Shown one piece after another: positions 1-13,712 of a stretch of 64,000 nt of DNA. Where the stretch lies: positions 2,365,757-2,429,756 of the forward strand of contig MU054187.1 in NCBI GenBank assembly GCA_013239625.1. The letters are read 5' to 3'. Each line of letters starts with the position of its first letter. Positions within the stretch are counted from its first letter, which is position 1. This DNA is from Lama guanicoe. Taxonomy: Eukaryota. The position numbers and the translations under genes were made by a program. The notes under the pieces are model-generated. The model ran no database searches. It was not told the DNA's origin and was given only the letters and a program-made list of their open reading frames with translations.

Positions 1-469
1 AAATATACAGTGAAGGCAATACTGGGGAACGACTGTATCAGTCCCTTGGCTTTCGCTCACACTGTCCTATTGGTCTCACACATAAAATTATTCAATTATT
101 TTTTTCAAAAGAAAATAATCAGCCTTTGATCAATCCAACCAGTCACCAAATCTAATTCCGCACAGAGACAGCTCACACGCTGCTGGGGAACGCTGCGCAG
201 TCGTGCAAGGCTGTGTGACCACTCCTCTCGGCCCCCCCGGAGCCCTCACACCCTCCCCTCTGTCCTCCTGTCCTACCCCCTTACTCGCAGCAGCAGGAGG
301 AAAATCCTGAGACTGGCTCCGCCACCAACATCTCACCCCTCAAACAGAGCTACGCTGGCAGCCACTCACCCCTCCCTCACCGCAGGCAGGCTGCTTCCTG
401 CCAGGACCCGCAGCCCTAGCAAGGTCTGCACCCCCCCCCGACACGCCGCTCCACCACTCAGACCCCTCT

Positions 470-830
470 CCTGCATCTTCAGTCCCTGCTCATCAGTGTC
501 CTCTCCTCAGCACCTTAACGTACTCAGTCCTTCCCGTCTGAACGTTATCCCTAAACCTTGTGCCAATCTCTGCATCTTTCTTCCTCCCAATATATGAAGG
601 TTTCTTGAAAGAACTATCACCAAATTCTTACCTCTCTAATTTCTTATCGCCCACTAACATGGCAAATGCTGAGGTCACCCGTGACCTTCAATTGCCAGTT
701 CCAACAGCTCCTCTCTCACCTGAGAACCAGACCCCTCTCTCCAGCTGCTTCCTGGAAGCCCTTCCCCCTGCTCTCTCCAGCTGAACTGACGCTCCAGCTG
801 CAAGTCTCAGACCGAATGTCACCTCCTCCA
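470..830 (+). mobile_element. L2 fragment (approximate bounds)
   Basis: gaggtcacccgtgaccttcaattgccagttccaa resembles L2 sequence. Confidence 0.5.
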
Positions 831-844
831 CCACACGCGAAAGG

Positions 845-990
845 CAGTAACGCAGCGTAATGGCTACGAACAAAGGCTCTGGAAGCAGCCTGCCACACTC
901 GGCCACTTACAAGCTAGGTGACCCTGAATGAGCTTCCTGCCTATAGAACAGGGAAAACAGGGGCAGGTCCCACACTGTGGGGCTAATCTC
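845..990 (+). mobile_element. MIR SINE fragment
   Basis: ggctctggaa...ccacttacaagctaggtgaccctga resembles the MIR core. Confidence 0.55.
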
Positions 991-1135
991 ACCGCTAGCA
1001 CAGGGAAGGGCTCTCAGCGGGACCTGGCACAGCACACCCGACAACGTCCGCGGCTGCGCCTGCCTCTGTGGTCCGGCTTCTCAGACGGGACTCCCAGCCC
1101 TGTGGCGCCGCCCGGCAGTCTCCAGTCCCGCCCTG

Positions 1136-1177
1136 AGTGTGTGTGCGCGTGTGTGTGTGCGTGTGTGTGTGCGTGTG
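1136..1177. repeat. Compound (TG)/(CG) microsatellite
   Basis: Direct reading. Confidence 0.9.
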
Positions 1178-2689
1178 AGAGATCAGTCACCCCCATTACA
1201 CCAGAGAGCAGAAGAGGAGCCTTTTTTAGTCTCAGCACCAGGTACAGTCCCTGATAAATCACAGCAGTTTTCACTGTTTGTTTGTTAAACGAAGAATGAA
1301 TATTTGCTTCACTTGATGGGATTTTTTTCTATTTTGCCATTTGCCTTCAAAGAAAAAAAGTAGAACCTGAAGTTTTAAGATGCATTTCGTCCAGATGAAG
1401 TCATTCTTGTTTGCCTGTTTTTCAAACTGCATCTTGCTGGCAGAAAAGGACAAAGTAGAGAGGTCCCCAGGTGCACGCCCCCTTCCCCCGAAGCCGGCTG
1501 CCGCGACAGCGACACAGGAGCGCCCGACCCTCCACAGTGCGCAGGGCAGACACCGGGCCTGAGCTTCCCCTGCTGCACACGTTCCTCTCTCGCTACAACT
1601 TCCTGCCCTGCTAGCAGGCCATATGACTTCTGAAATGTACTTCACAGAAAATACTGAAATCTCACAAGATTTCCAACAAAGGCAAAGTGAACGAGAACTG
1701 AAAGGCAGACAAACAGTCTACCTTACAAGACGAGGCCAAGAACCAGCAAACTGAGGAGGTGGTGTTCGAGGTGTTCAAATGTTGCTCCTTCCAAACCAAG
1801 TGCCACGAGAGAGAGTCACGCCCGGAAGAGCAGCCCAGCGCCTCCCGAGCCGCCCCAGGCCTGGCCCCCCCGGCGGCCTCTCCCCGCTCTCCCCAACGCC
1901 TCTGCGCAGAACGCCCCGAGGGTGCCAACACCACAGCTTCTGGGTGTTCGGACCAGTTATAAACTACAAGTATGACCTGCAAGTAGCATGTGGCCTTGTT
2001 AACACTTGTGCATGTTTTTATTGACCTGAATTTTACATGAGATGCTCTAGACATTATTTACAATAAATACCCTATTGGCACAGACGGCATAAAATCAACT
2101 CCCTCCAGCCCTCAGTACCACTCCTCAGATCAGCCACTCTTAACAATGCTGAAATGTTCTACACACTATATGCATGTCTTTTCTTTTTTAAACATTGACT
2201 TGTAACTTTCTTTTTTCATTTAATAAGTCTTACACTTAGAGAGCTACTTCATTTTTAACAACTTCATCTATACAAAGATTTCAAAACCATGGTGCTCTCA
2301 ACTTTGAAGAAGCGTTCCTGAATTCATCAGCACTTACTGGGCTGGTAACGTCACCTGGGGCGCAGGAGGAGCTCCGTTCTGCTTGCAAACACACTGCGCC
2401 TGTTACCACCCAGGTGAGGAGGCCGTCTGCCGCTGCGGCGCCAGGACGCTGCTGGACAGCGCCACCCTGACCACCTGCGCCGTCAGAACTGAACCCAGGG
2501 CACGAGGCCTGCGTCATCCCCCGTTCTCAGCTGTTCCCCAGAAAGGCTCTGAACTCAGGATTCATTCAACAAACATTTATCGAGTGATGACTACGTGCCA
2601 GACGCTGTGCTTGCACCGGGCACACAAGCGTGAACAAAACACCCCAGTCCTACCAGCAAGGGCTCACGATCTAGAGGAGGAAGAGGAAA

Positions 2690-2923
2690 GGTGGGAGACA
2701 GGATCTGGAGACCAAGTCCTCTCTGTGCCCCATGTCCCTGCACCGCCCAGCAAACATCTTGTTTACCAAACATTTGCTTTTCCATCTCCGTGTGAATTGC
2801 TGTACAGCCCCGAACGTACACATTTAAATTTGATTTTCTCCTGTTAATCTGACTCCCATCAATTTAATTCTTAGACCAGCCAGAAGAACCTAGAAAAGGC
2901 AGGGTAATTTTTTCCTCCCCGGC
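2690..2923 (+). mobile_element. ERV1-type LTR fragment (MER34/MER39-like)
   Basis: The 3' end ttctcctgttaatctg...gaacctag...tttttcctccccggca resembles that LTR class. Confidence 0.55.
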
Positions 2924-3989
2924 AAAGCTATGACATTTTTTTTTTTAATGACCAAAGAAAGGGAAAGGAGGCAAAGAGGAGAGAGGTTTGACAAATTATC
3001 TCTGGCAAATCACTTAAACTCTTCAAAATTGTTGTTTCAGTAAAGGAAAACAACACCAGCCTTACCAAATTAAAAAAAAGAACAAACCTCTGCCACTCAG
3101 ATCAGTTTCCATAAACACAACAATTGTAAGGTATGTTATTATTATTACTATTACCTCATAAAATCAGAACGAAAACACATACAGTGCAAGAATTCCCTTG
3201 AACTTGGCTTACTAAAAGAGACCCTCTAGTTAATACTCATAAAATACCTATATTAAATTAAGACCTAAATTAACTTAGGATAATTTAGTGTTAGACTTCA
3301 GTCTTAACCAAAAAAGCAATTTCACTATTAATTTACAAGTTTATAAATCTCCTTCAAGTATCGCTTTCAATCTAATTTGTTTAGTCATGTAATTTAATTA
3401 CATCACTACTGGGATTCTTCATTATAGGAAAAAATTATTGCAGACTTAAGAAACTGTGATTTACTGTATAAATTACTGCTCTGTATACAAGTTTCAAGAA
3501 CACACCTAATGCACAGTAGCAGGCTACCTTATTATTGCTTTGAAGCTATACTTTGAAAATGCTCTGTACTGAAATTCTCTACCATTTAATTTTCCTTCTC
3601 ATTGCCAGAATATTCATCCAGGCAGTCCTTCCAAATATCCAATCAGAAAAACAAAACTCGTAGGTTCTTATCTCCTCTTTTTCTTAATATTCATTCTTTG
3701 CATATATTTTAATGATCCCCAAAGTTTAAGACATTAATTTTGTGGTAAGAAGATAAAGGATAATTGAACGATGAAAATCACCCAAGAATTGCTTTAGGTA
3801 CATAACGATGCTCTAGAAACCTGCGAAGACATGGAATTGACTGTGAATTTCTTTGGGTCCTCACCCTTTACAGCTCACCAGCTAAACTACAGGCAAATAA
3901 CAGGCCTGCACTGTATGCATCCCTGACGCGGCCCCCTCACCCCCGCTATCTGGGCAGCACTTTCCATGCACTTATCAACACACAGTGCG

Positions 3990-4125
3990 GGGCACGCAGC
4001 AGTGCAGCGCACAGGGAGCACGCATGCACAGCATGTGTGAGGCCCCGGGCGCACAGGGAGCGCTCACACGCAGCATGCACGAGGTCCTGGGCGCAATCCT
4101 CAGCACCTCCATTTCAAAAAAAAAC
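3990..4125 (+). mobile_element. Degenerate tRNA-derived SINE with internal 42-bp duplication
   Basis: agcatgcacgaggtcctggg...cagcacctcc followed by an A tail. Confidence 0.7.
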
Positions 4126-4239
4126 AGTAAAGAACTAAATCATTAAAGTACTCCATCTCTTTTGAAAAACTGAAAAGTCTTAAATTTTGCAAATGTTAGC
4201 CACTATATATAAAAACAGACTTTAAAAAAAGTTTCTTCT

Positions 4240-4420
4240 CTAGAGCACAGGGTATTCAATTACAAGATACTCAGTATCTTGCAATAATCTTTGATGAAAA
4301 AGAATACCAAAACAAATTTATACATGTATATGTATGACTGGGACATTGTGCTGTGCACCAGAGATTGACACATTGTAACTGACTGTACCTCAATTAAAAA
4401 ATATAGTCTTAAATTAAAAA
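4240..4420 (+). mobile_element. Lineage L1 3' end
   Basis: gactgggacattgtgctgtgcaccagagattgacacattgtaactgactgtac; similar ends at 51700-52130 and 56110-56230. Confidence 0.75.
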
Positions 4421-6494
4421 CAGAGTCAAAGCAGTAATACTTAACCTCACATTAACAAGATTAGAATTGCCACGGAAAACAATTTAAGGAATAGGTCAAA
4501 AGCCAAAATAGCTACTTTTTTTCCCTCTTGTTCAAAAATGCTGCCATACGTGCTAAAACATGGATAAATCCTGAAAACTTTACGCTAAGTGAAATGACCT
4601 CGTATTATGAGACTCGATTACTGGAAAGGACCGGAAGAGGCAAATCCAGAGACAGAACGTGGATCAGTGGTTGCCCGAGGTTAGCGAGGGGATGAGGAAC
4701 AGGAGTGACTGTTAACGTGGACAGGGTTTCTTTCCGAGGTGCTGAAAATGCTATAAAATTAGCCTGTGTAAATATGCTAAAAACCTACTGAGTTGCAAAT
4801 GGAAGGATTGTGTGGTATAAGAAATGTATTTTGATAAAGCTGTAAACAAACCAACCAAAAAGCCTCCATCAAACTGACAGGTTACCTGCCCACCTGCTCT
4901 TGCCACCTTCCCAAGTGCTCACAGCCCCATGGGGCTCGTGGCTGCCACGGTGGATGAGGCAAATGTAAGGGATAGGGCCGTCATCACGGAACATCCCACT
5001 GGGAAGAACCGCTCCAGAACATTAAACGGCAAAAGAAAATAAACAACACGGAGAACCTGGCAGCCCAGCCACGTTACTCACTGCCAGGGAGGCCACCCTC
5101 ACCCAGCAGCAACCAGCGCCAGGCCAGGCCTACAAGAGCCAGCGACAAGGATCACCTCGCCCGGCAACACAGGCAAGAGTGGAGACGACAGAGGAGAAAG
5201 AATCCAAAGTCTCGCAGAGGCCACAGGACTCCTCTCCATCAGGGCATGAGCACAACAGCCAGCTTCCAAGGCTGCGTGACTTCCTCCGGAGAAAGGAAGA
5301 CGGATAGTTCACACTCCAGGGCTAACAGAGACCTGAGCAGAGCCCTTAAGGCAAGTACCTGGACTTCGACGTCGTTTAGTATTTTTACATTTCAGTAAAA
5401 ATCACACAGTGCGTTTTAGGAAAATTTCATTTACACGATGTCATTTAAATAAAAACGTTTGTAATGACCGACTGGGAACCTGAGATTATGCCTCTGGCTG
5501 TTCTGAAAGCCAAGACCGCTGCAGCACGCTTTTTCACACAGTACAGCGTCAAGCCTTTTCTGTCTGCGTTACACTGCCATCAAGTGGCAGCAGCATGCAC
5601 TGCAGCTTAGCAAACTGCTTTCCCATGCTCTCTGAGAACCTAAAGGAATTTCAAGATAAAATATCAGTATTCCTTTAAAGTCTATGCAGGCTATGCACCG
5701 TGGGGATGCCTGCAGCTCCGAGTCTAGTCCAGTGCCTCTGAACTCTCTCAGCAAGCCATTTGTTTCTTTGGGTGTCTTGCCACTCGAGCTGGATGACCTC
5801 GGGCAAGCCAGTGGGCCTTCCCACTGGCCTCACTGTTCATCCCTAAAATATGGCCTGTGGTAAGTCCTACGACAGGGAGGGAGTGTGCATGCTCAAGGCC
5901 ACATAAATGCAAAAGGAGTGAAACTGCGCCAGGCACACAGAAGAGCTCAGTAAATCTCAGCTGCCAATTCAGACTCCCCCACTGAGACACAAGTGTCAGA
6001 GAAAGGGCTAATCTCAACTTAGCACAGTCTGCTTTCCAAGGCAACAGCCTTCTGAAAAAGCAGGAGCCTTCCAGAAGAGAGAGGGGGTGTGCTCAGGTCT
6101 GAAGGGCGCTAAGGGAAGAGGTGGACCATCAAAGGCCTCCTTCTCTTCACTCGGCATCACCTCTGATGCTAGTCCCAGCTGAAGTCTGATTTTTCCCTCC
6201 AGTTGTGCCTCTGAGGCCAGACCCTTGCTCTGATCCTCAGGTCTGAGATACACCCGCCTGAGGGGAGCAGCAGGGAGAACAAACCCCATATCCACCAGCA
6301 GCAGAGTGACCACCCAGACCAGACATGTTCACGTACAGCTTCCACAGAGCCAGTAACCAATGGCGGGGACACCAAATCCATGGGTTTACATTGGGAAACC
6401 AATAAACATCCTCAAAATGGTAAATGTCTACAACTCAAAATAACTTCTATTCAGGACGTCAGGAGGCCAGTGAATTAAGAAAGAAAGTACTTAC

Positions 6495-6548
6495 ATCACT
6501 TGAAGAGGCTGTTCCTGTTTCAACAGCGACACCGCTACCACGCAGTTT
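6495..6548 (-). CDS. ATP6V1H: ATP6V1H exon 7 (54-nt cassette exon, KLRGSGVAVETGTASSSD)
   Basis: Minus strand reads tag|AAA CTG CGT GGT...AGT GAT|gtaagt, phase 0-0. Matches the 18-aa segment that distinguishes the SFD-alpha and SFD-beta isoforms of subunit H. Confidence 0.95.
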
Positions 6549-9399
6549 CTATTACGAAATAAATGACTTATTACTTAGTTTTGTTTTTAACTTTATCCTA
6601 ATCAATCAGCTTACAAAAGGGAGCTAGGCAAATTTTATAATTTTTTTCCGAATCCTACTTAGTGGAGAATCATCAACAAATAAAGGGCATGGGGATGATA
6701 GGAAATATTCTAAACACCATTACAGTCACCCAGATAGTTCATAAGTGAAGCTAGTGCAAATCCCCAAGTCTCAGGATTTACTTTCTGAGCTGATTTTTCC
6801 AGTTAGACAACTGTGTTAAGCTGAATCATCTACACTGTATTCCATGGCAAAGCTTTCAAAGCAGGTGACTGTTGATGGGAAGATATTACATGGAACTTAA
6901 AATTGAGGTTATCCACAGCAGTGCTAGCAAGTTACAAAACCTCGCATGTTATAGAGAAATGACCAAAGAAAATTCAAGGTAGAAAATCAGAAGCTGGATA
7001 GGAGAGAGAAAAGTGATAATGAATTTCTGAAAGGCACTTTTTACTTTGTTTTATTCAGTAACTATCACTTACTAGGTGCCAGGCATGAGTCCCTGTAACC
7101 CAAGTATAATGCTCAGACTACCAAAAAAGGCTCCTAGACGTCACTGTGAAGTCAAAGAACAAACTGTATGCTTAACACACTTCATTTACAACTAATTTGG
7201 GCTTTTGAAAGTTTATTTTCTATTAGGATTATGAAAATGTGGCCCTTTTTATGAAGGAGAAAACGCTTATGATAGAGAAAAGGAGACTTCCAGACATAGT
7301 GCTGTCACAAGACATTTAAGCAAAGCAGAAAATGAAATCCAGAACAATGCTGTTTCGTTCCTTAAACAAGAGGTCTGTAATTTAACCCTGATCAAAGGTT
7401 GTGGAAGAAGGGCCTGCCCACTGCGAGACAGACAGCAAGCCAGAGTCCAGCGGAAGCCAGGCCAGCAGGGGCTGGGGCGCCCTGCAGAGTCTCCCTGGAG
7501 CAGGACTTGCAAAGCAGGAGTGCCAGACCACAATGGAGCGAGGCAGAGGCAGAGCGCACAGGAAGGAGACAGAACCGGGCTCTGAGAGCCCGTGTCTCAG
7601 ACCCAGGAGCCCCACTCTAACGGCCAGTCCTGACTTTGAAATCTCTGCTTCCACTAGTGACCAGAGAAGTATCCCCCAACTGCTGGACATGTTACAGCCA
7701 CAGCCAATCACCCTACAAGTGTCAAATCGTCTGAGGCACAGCGTAGATGTTACTCCTACGAGGCCGAGTCTAAGACGAAACAACACAGAATGCCAGCAGC
7801 AGCCCGCAGCGTGCGCGCCTCCCGCTGCCCTCCGAGGCCCACCGGCGCCTGGTCCCCACCGCAGCACGGAGCTCGCACTGCAGCACAGAGATGTTTGTCC
7901 AGGGAGGACCAATCTCAAGACAGGGAAAACAAGGGGGCGGACGGCCTATTTGACTCAATATTCTGAGTCCGAATGATACACATTTAGAAATTAAAATCTC
8001 ATCTTAACATACCGATTTTTCATGTTCTAAGTAATTTATTTCTGAAATACCTCACCAACTCAGCAAAATCTGCAAACTTCAGGATCTTGTAAAAACTACT
8101 TTTAAAAACTAAGCCAGAAATAGTGTTAAAATGTGTGCTCTTGACAGAAAAAAATCACTAATTTTGTTCACTTCAGGATCTCTCACCAAATATAAAAGGC
8201 TCCTGGGCTCCCCCCCAGAAAGGCAGGGCACGACAAGACAAAAATAAATCCAAGCAAAACGTCACGGTGCCTCTTTACACTTCAAATTAAAATCCACTGA
8301 AATAATAAAGCCACTTGAGACCTAAATTACAACCACCCCCAAACTTATCTCAAGGAGACCCGTATCTGCAACCTAACGCTGACATCATAACTACCCCCGC
8401 TGCCCCCAGCCCACACCCTGCGGCCCCCTGGCCCCAGCCCGGCCCCAGCAGGCCCCTCGCCGGCCCCGCCGGCCCACCCGCAGAGCCCTCCTCCCCACCA
8501 GCTTCGCTTCACTCCTTCCCTGAAGACCCCCCCCCACGTCGCACGTGGTCAGGGAAGCCTGCAAGGCACCCTCCACCAGGCCGTGAGAAGTGTCCCGGCG
8601 CCTGCCCTGCTCTGGGGACCGAGAAGACACCACAGAAGACGTATCACCTGCAACTGTGACGACAGCCGGACAAGCAGAGGACTGAGAGCAGCAAGGCAAC
8701 CACGGGCAGGCTTAGCACCTCCCTCTGGGCCCAAACCCAGAGACGCAAGGGGACAGCGGACTCAGGAGACGAGTCACCAAGCTAGATGGGCGCTGCCCAC
8801 GGCCCAGCGGCCCCAGGCCCCTCGCGGCGCCGGAAGCCTGGTGTGGGGTGTGGACCCCTGGCCGAGCCCAGGGCCCTGGGCTGACGAAGGGTCTGGAACG
8901 TGCTGGCTGCCGTCTGAAACTCCCCAGCGGCAGCCAGGGCCCGTTCACTGGTGTAACTGGTCAGACAGCTTGACCCAGTTAGGACACCTGAGGTCACACA
9001 GGCCCCACTAGGAACTTTCGGAGAACTGTCCCCAAACCAAGCTATCTGGCACAAATCCGGGCGGCCCCCAGCGCCTGCACGCTCGCCGGCTGCCCTCCCA
9101 GGAGCCTCACATGAGCGTGCTCTTTGGAGCCCCGTGTGTCCTTCCAGCTCTCCAACCAGGGCGACCCGGCAGCACTCCCCGCCCGCCGAAGCAGAAGAGA
9201 CAGGAAGGTCGGAGCTGAAGCCAAAGGAGGAGAAAGTGAAACAGCTACCAGACCGACAAGCAGCGCGCTGACTCACCGAGCTCAAAGCGGCGGCACCGCT
9301 TTAACGCACCTTCTTTGTAATTTCACATTACCATAAATAGCTTAAGAGAACATGGATGTCACATTCCTTTCAAACATACTGAAAGGAATGTCTTTTTAC

Positions 9400-9504
9400 C
9401 TGCGAACTCAGCTGAGTTTTTATCCAGTTGAAATAGTAATTTAAGTCACTGCCTTCCATCAGTTCTTTTCCCCAAGCTGCTAACTTGGCAATGATTCTTG
9501 CTGC
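9400..9504 (-). CDS. ATP6V1H: ATP6V1H exon 6 (AARIIAKLAAWGKELMEGSDLNYYFNWIKTQLSSQ)
   Basis: cag|GCA GCA AGA...TCG CAG|gtaaaa, 105 nt. Translation recognisable as subunit H. Confidence 0.97.
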
Positions 9505-11595
9505 CTGAAAAACAAGAAATACATTTGGACACTATACTGATTCAAAACAAATCACATCACAGACTTTAAAAAACAGGACTCGTAAGAACCCAGCTGCATC
9601 ATTTTCTTAATAGTCAACTCCTCAAAAGATAACAGATTACATTTCATTTTTTAAAATATTTTAATATGGTCAAAATATAGTTTTAAATATTTCCACTGAA
9701 GTGAACCAAAATCAGTTGTGTTCTAAGAATTTCATCGCATTCCCGTCGTTACTCTGAGTTTCAGAAGTAAGACTGGGACTCATTATAACACCAACAAAAA
9801 TCCAAAGAACACAGAAACCGTCTTTAGAGACTTTCACCATCACTTGCTAGAGTTCTGAGCAAGCTCTACAGCAAACCGCCAGCCACTACGTTGTTCATTC
9901 AAGCCTCTCGTGAGTTCTCACATTTAAAAACCTGTATCTTGGTATACAATATGTCCCGAGTATTAAAGAGCCACCTCTCTCAATACAACCAAATACCCCT
10001 TTCTCCTCACTCAAAAATTTCTCAGTTTTCTTTAAGCTGTAAAACAAATCATAAACTTTTTCTTATTAAATAGGCAACATAAGTATACATTCATCAAATC
10101 ATCATGTTGTACACGTGAGACATCTTACAATTTTATTTGTCAATTATACTTTGATAAATCTGGAAAAATATAGAGAGATAAACACCTCCCCAAAAATACA
10201 AACCCACTTTAATGAATACTCTTTCAGTCCTTTCTGTAAGCAAGTGTTTCAAAGCTCCGGTCAGTAGTAGAGAGCAGAGGGCTGAGGTCAGCTAACCAAG
10301 AGCATGCTGATGTCTGTCCTCAGACTTGCGCAGAGCCGAGCCAGGTGACAGAGGTCAGCACGCGTCGTAAGCAACTCAGATTCGGCAGCAGGCTGGGGGC
10401 ACAGCCTGGCTCACGCACCGAGCAGTGACGTCTGGATGCCTCCATGTGCCTCGCTGAGTGAGCGCACAGACGCGTATCTAGCTTACGCAGACCTCGCTTT
10501 CACGAAATAGGTACGTAGCACGAGAGGATTCCCGTAAGGAAACCAGGGATGGAAACCCTGACCCGCAGCGTGAGCACAAGCAGAAGGGAAGAGACAGGGA
10601 AACCCGGCCTGGCGTTCCGTCTCCGAGCTTCAACTCCCAACAGCCTGACCCTCAAAATTTGGAAGATTAGCCAAAAGTAACTGAAGTCATAAAGAAATTA
10701 AAACACGGATTTGGCTGCACAATAACTGCTGATGAATCGTACCTAAACGTATGTTTGGTCTTTAACTTATTTGTCAATTTCAGTACAAAACCATCAAAAT
10801 TCAGAAGACGTTTAAACCATGTTTCTAGACAGTGAAAACAAGCCTCTACCATTTGAAAGAAAATACATCACTGTTTTTAAAAAATACTCTTTAAAATGTA
10901 GTTTAGTTTCATGAGTCTTCCTTCTTAATTTCCTTTCATAACTGTTCTGTAACACAAGCAGCGCACAGTCATACAACACAGATGTACATGGGAGAGAGAG
11001 AAAGCACATGCTCAAGACTGGGTCACTGACCATGGCTCCTGAACGCAGCGGCAGGAGCCCCCTGCCGCCCACAGCACGCTGGGGACAGAAACGGCCTGGA
11101 CAAAGACTCCTCCTCTGACCGCCCCCCCTCACCTTCTGCACACTTCACAAAAGACTGCTCAGTACTGAGGCTTCCAAAGACAGCCTTTCAGGCTCAGGGT
11201 AAGACAGAAATGTATTTAAGAGATTAAAAAGCAGTTAAGTAATTAAAATAAAAACCAAACACAACAGCTGCTTCAAAGCAAAACTTAAATTTCCATAGTA
11301 AAACACAGGTAACTCTGTCACAGACAATCTAAAGCTGCTTGCACTTATGAATTTACCAAAAGCTTTTATGCCGACAATCTCATCAAATGCTCTACAAAAC
11401 TTTACCTGTATCGGAGCAATCCTGGCTCCCCGGATAGCCCAACACCCCGCACTGCTAAATGCCAATAAGGAAATTCTGCTTTGAAAAGTCAACGTCAGCG
11501 CAGTCACTCCTCTGGGAAGTGGCAGGTTACCAAGTCAAAAATGTCCTGAGTGTGTTTCTTCCCTAAATCAGAAATCTGACTCATTCAGTAGTTAC

Positions 11596-11709
11596 CATGT
11601 GAACAGTAAAGAGGTCCTGGCGATTCAGCATTGGCAGAAAGTAGGACCAGGCGGTGTTCTTGCTCCGTTTAGCATAGTCAAAGAAAATGCTAACACGCTG
11701 GTGGTTTTC
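11596..11709 (-). CDS. ATP6V1H: ATP6V1H exon 5 (ENHQRVSIFFDYAKRSKNTAWSYFLPMLNRQDLFTVHM)
   Basis: Poly-T tract, then tag|GAA AAC CAC...CAC ATG|gtaact, 114 nt. Confidence 0.97.
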
Positions 11710-13622
11710 CTAAAAAAAAAGAAAAGAAAGAAATTTCAGTAATCAATGTATTTTCCTAAAGAATGTAACAATTACACACTGCTTCTCAGCCTGTCATCTT
11801 ATGTGCCCTCAATCAGCGTGACACCTCTCCCCTGCTCCCAGCCAAACAAAATCGGGAGGGGCAGAAAGATCCTCATTTGGCTCTAGAGGGAAGGGTCAGT
11901 AGGAAGCACCTCAAGCTACTTACAAGCTAGGGAAACAGGGAATCAGAGAAATCTCACATGTTCGTGATTACTCCCAGCACATCATGATAGAAAAATCAGG
12001 GCAGGTAAGACAGCAAAAAAGAGCATATGATATCAGCAGGTAGATTTGAGGAGCAATTAATTCTTAGTTCAAATCATACAAACTCCACCTCTCACCTGAA
12101 TCTTCTCTGCACACGGCTGGCTGAATCCGCCATCGGGTTCACTACGTGAACATGGTGGCTAAGTAGCAATATTCGGTAAAAGCACAAATAACCACTCGAA
12201 CAGTCATTTTAATCCTCAGATCAACATGTAACTCTTTCTAAACACAATGGCTTTAACTGCGGTCTGCGCTAGCAGCTACTGATTTGAAGAGCAGACTACT
12301 GTCTCCTTGCGGAGTAAAGCACTATAGTTCAGGTAACAATTAAAATGGTTATGATAATGACTTTATCAAGGAACTCAAAGTTCAGACAGGTCATCACTAA
12401 CTCCACTGGTGGATTATTTCCAAAGTTAAAATTGAAAGGACCATTGCACACAAACATGAACAAAGCACCTACCCTACACGGAGAAAGAGGAGGAACTACA
12501 CCACATGTTTAAGTAAGTTCAAAGCTCATCTTCCTCAACTGGTCCTTTGTGGCTTTGATTCCTGCTTAAAACATACCTCCAGCCACCACTGCTTGGGCAC
12601 CCACATTACAAGTCTTTAAGAGAATCAGGATAAAGCCCTTCTCAGAAGCACTAAGCAACTGATACTAAAATGTGAGGAGAGAAAACATTTTAATCTTCAA
12701 AGGTATGTACTAAAAACTAAACACATGTGGAAAAACAAGCAATTCTGCCCCAAAGTATTCTATTCAGAAACGTTAAGAATAAAATGACTGCATTAGAAAC
12801 ATGTAATTATAATATTCTTTAAGTAGCACAAGAACTCAAATGGTAAAGATGTGTGCAAATTTTTCAGTGTAACCGAAGTCATACCAATAAAATCAACTGT
12901 TAAAATACATTTAATCAGTAGCTGAGGACAATGTTGGCTACCTAAGCCTAAATCTCTCCACAGATCTTTCATAAACACAGGTCACCAAGAACCACCAAAA
13001 CTATGCATTTGAAGATGTCCAGTTTCAGATACCGTCTTCACTGGGGAAAATGTAACAGCCTGACAACACTTTCCGCCGGCGAAGTGGCAGGGAAAGAGGC
13101 CCTCTCACACGCTGGTGGCAACACAAGACGGAACACGTGGTAACCCCTTTACTGCAGGTGCAGATCCCCTTTCACCCAGAAGTCCCACTTCTCAGAGTTT
13201 ACCATGAAGTCTCCTCCCAACCACAGGAGAACACACTTGCCACTTGCATGAGGTTATTATCTCCCTTCTTTCTAATTACAAAACACTGAAGAGAGGGAGT
13301 CACACCGCCGGTAAGTACTCAGAGCATCAGGGACACGTCGAGGGATTCACCGAGCATTGCTGGTGTTCAGCGCAGAAGGTGGCCGTGATGCGGAAAAACA
13401 ACAGACTGACTCCCTGACATCTGCAAACGGCAAAGCCAGCCTGTGGAGGGGCACTTCCATCTTTACCACGCTTAGCAAATTACAGCTCACACAGTGAAGG
13501 AAAATACAGTATCACACTCTGGAAGAGAACCAGGGCTCCAAGCGAACCCCTGCAGGGATGTTCTGACTGGGAGAACACAGAAAGACGAGGTCACAGACGC
13601 ATCAAGAGGACGACACACCCAC

Positions 13623-13712
13623 CTGCAGCATATCATCAACCATAGTTAGGATGTACTGGACTGTCTGCTCTTTGGAGATGTGCGTCATCAGATTGATAAA
13701 CGTTTTCGCACA
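13623..13712 (-). CDS. ATP6V1H: ATP6V1H exon 4 ([30 protein letters not shown])
   Basis: cctag|TGT GCG AAA...CTG CAG|gtgggt, 90 nt. Confidence 0.97.

Noticed and set aside
1231..1251. RE1/REST-like CTCAGCACCAGGTACAGTCCC (also TTCAGCACCGAGGAGGCG at 55607)
   Set aside because: The right half-site GGACAG is mismatched in both; insufficient support.
1..6400. Search for ATP6V1H exon 8 (SSQYVQCVAGCLQ...)
   Set aside because: Not found by eye; it presumably lies left of the window.
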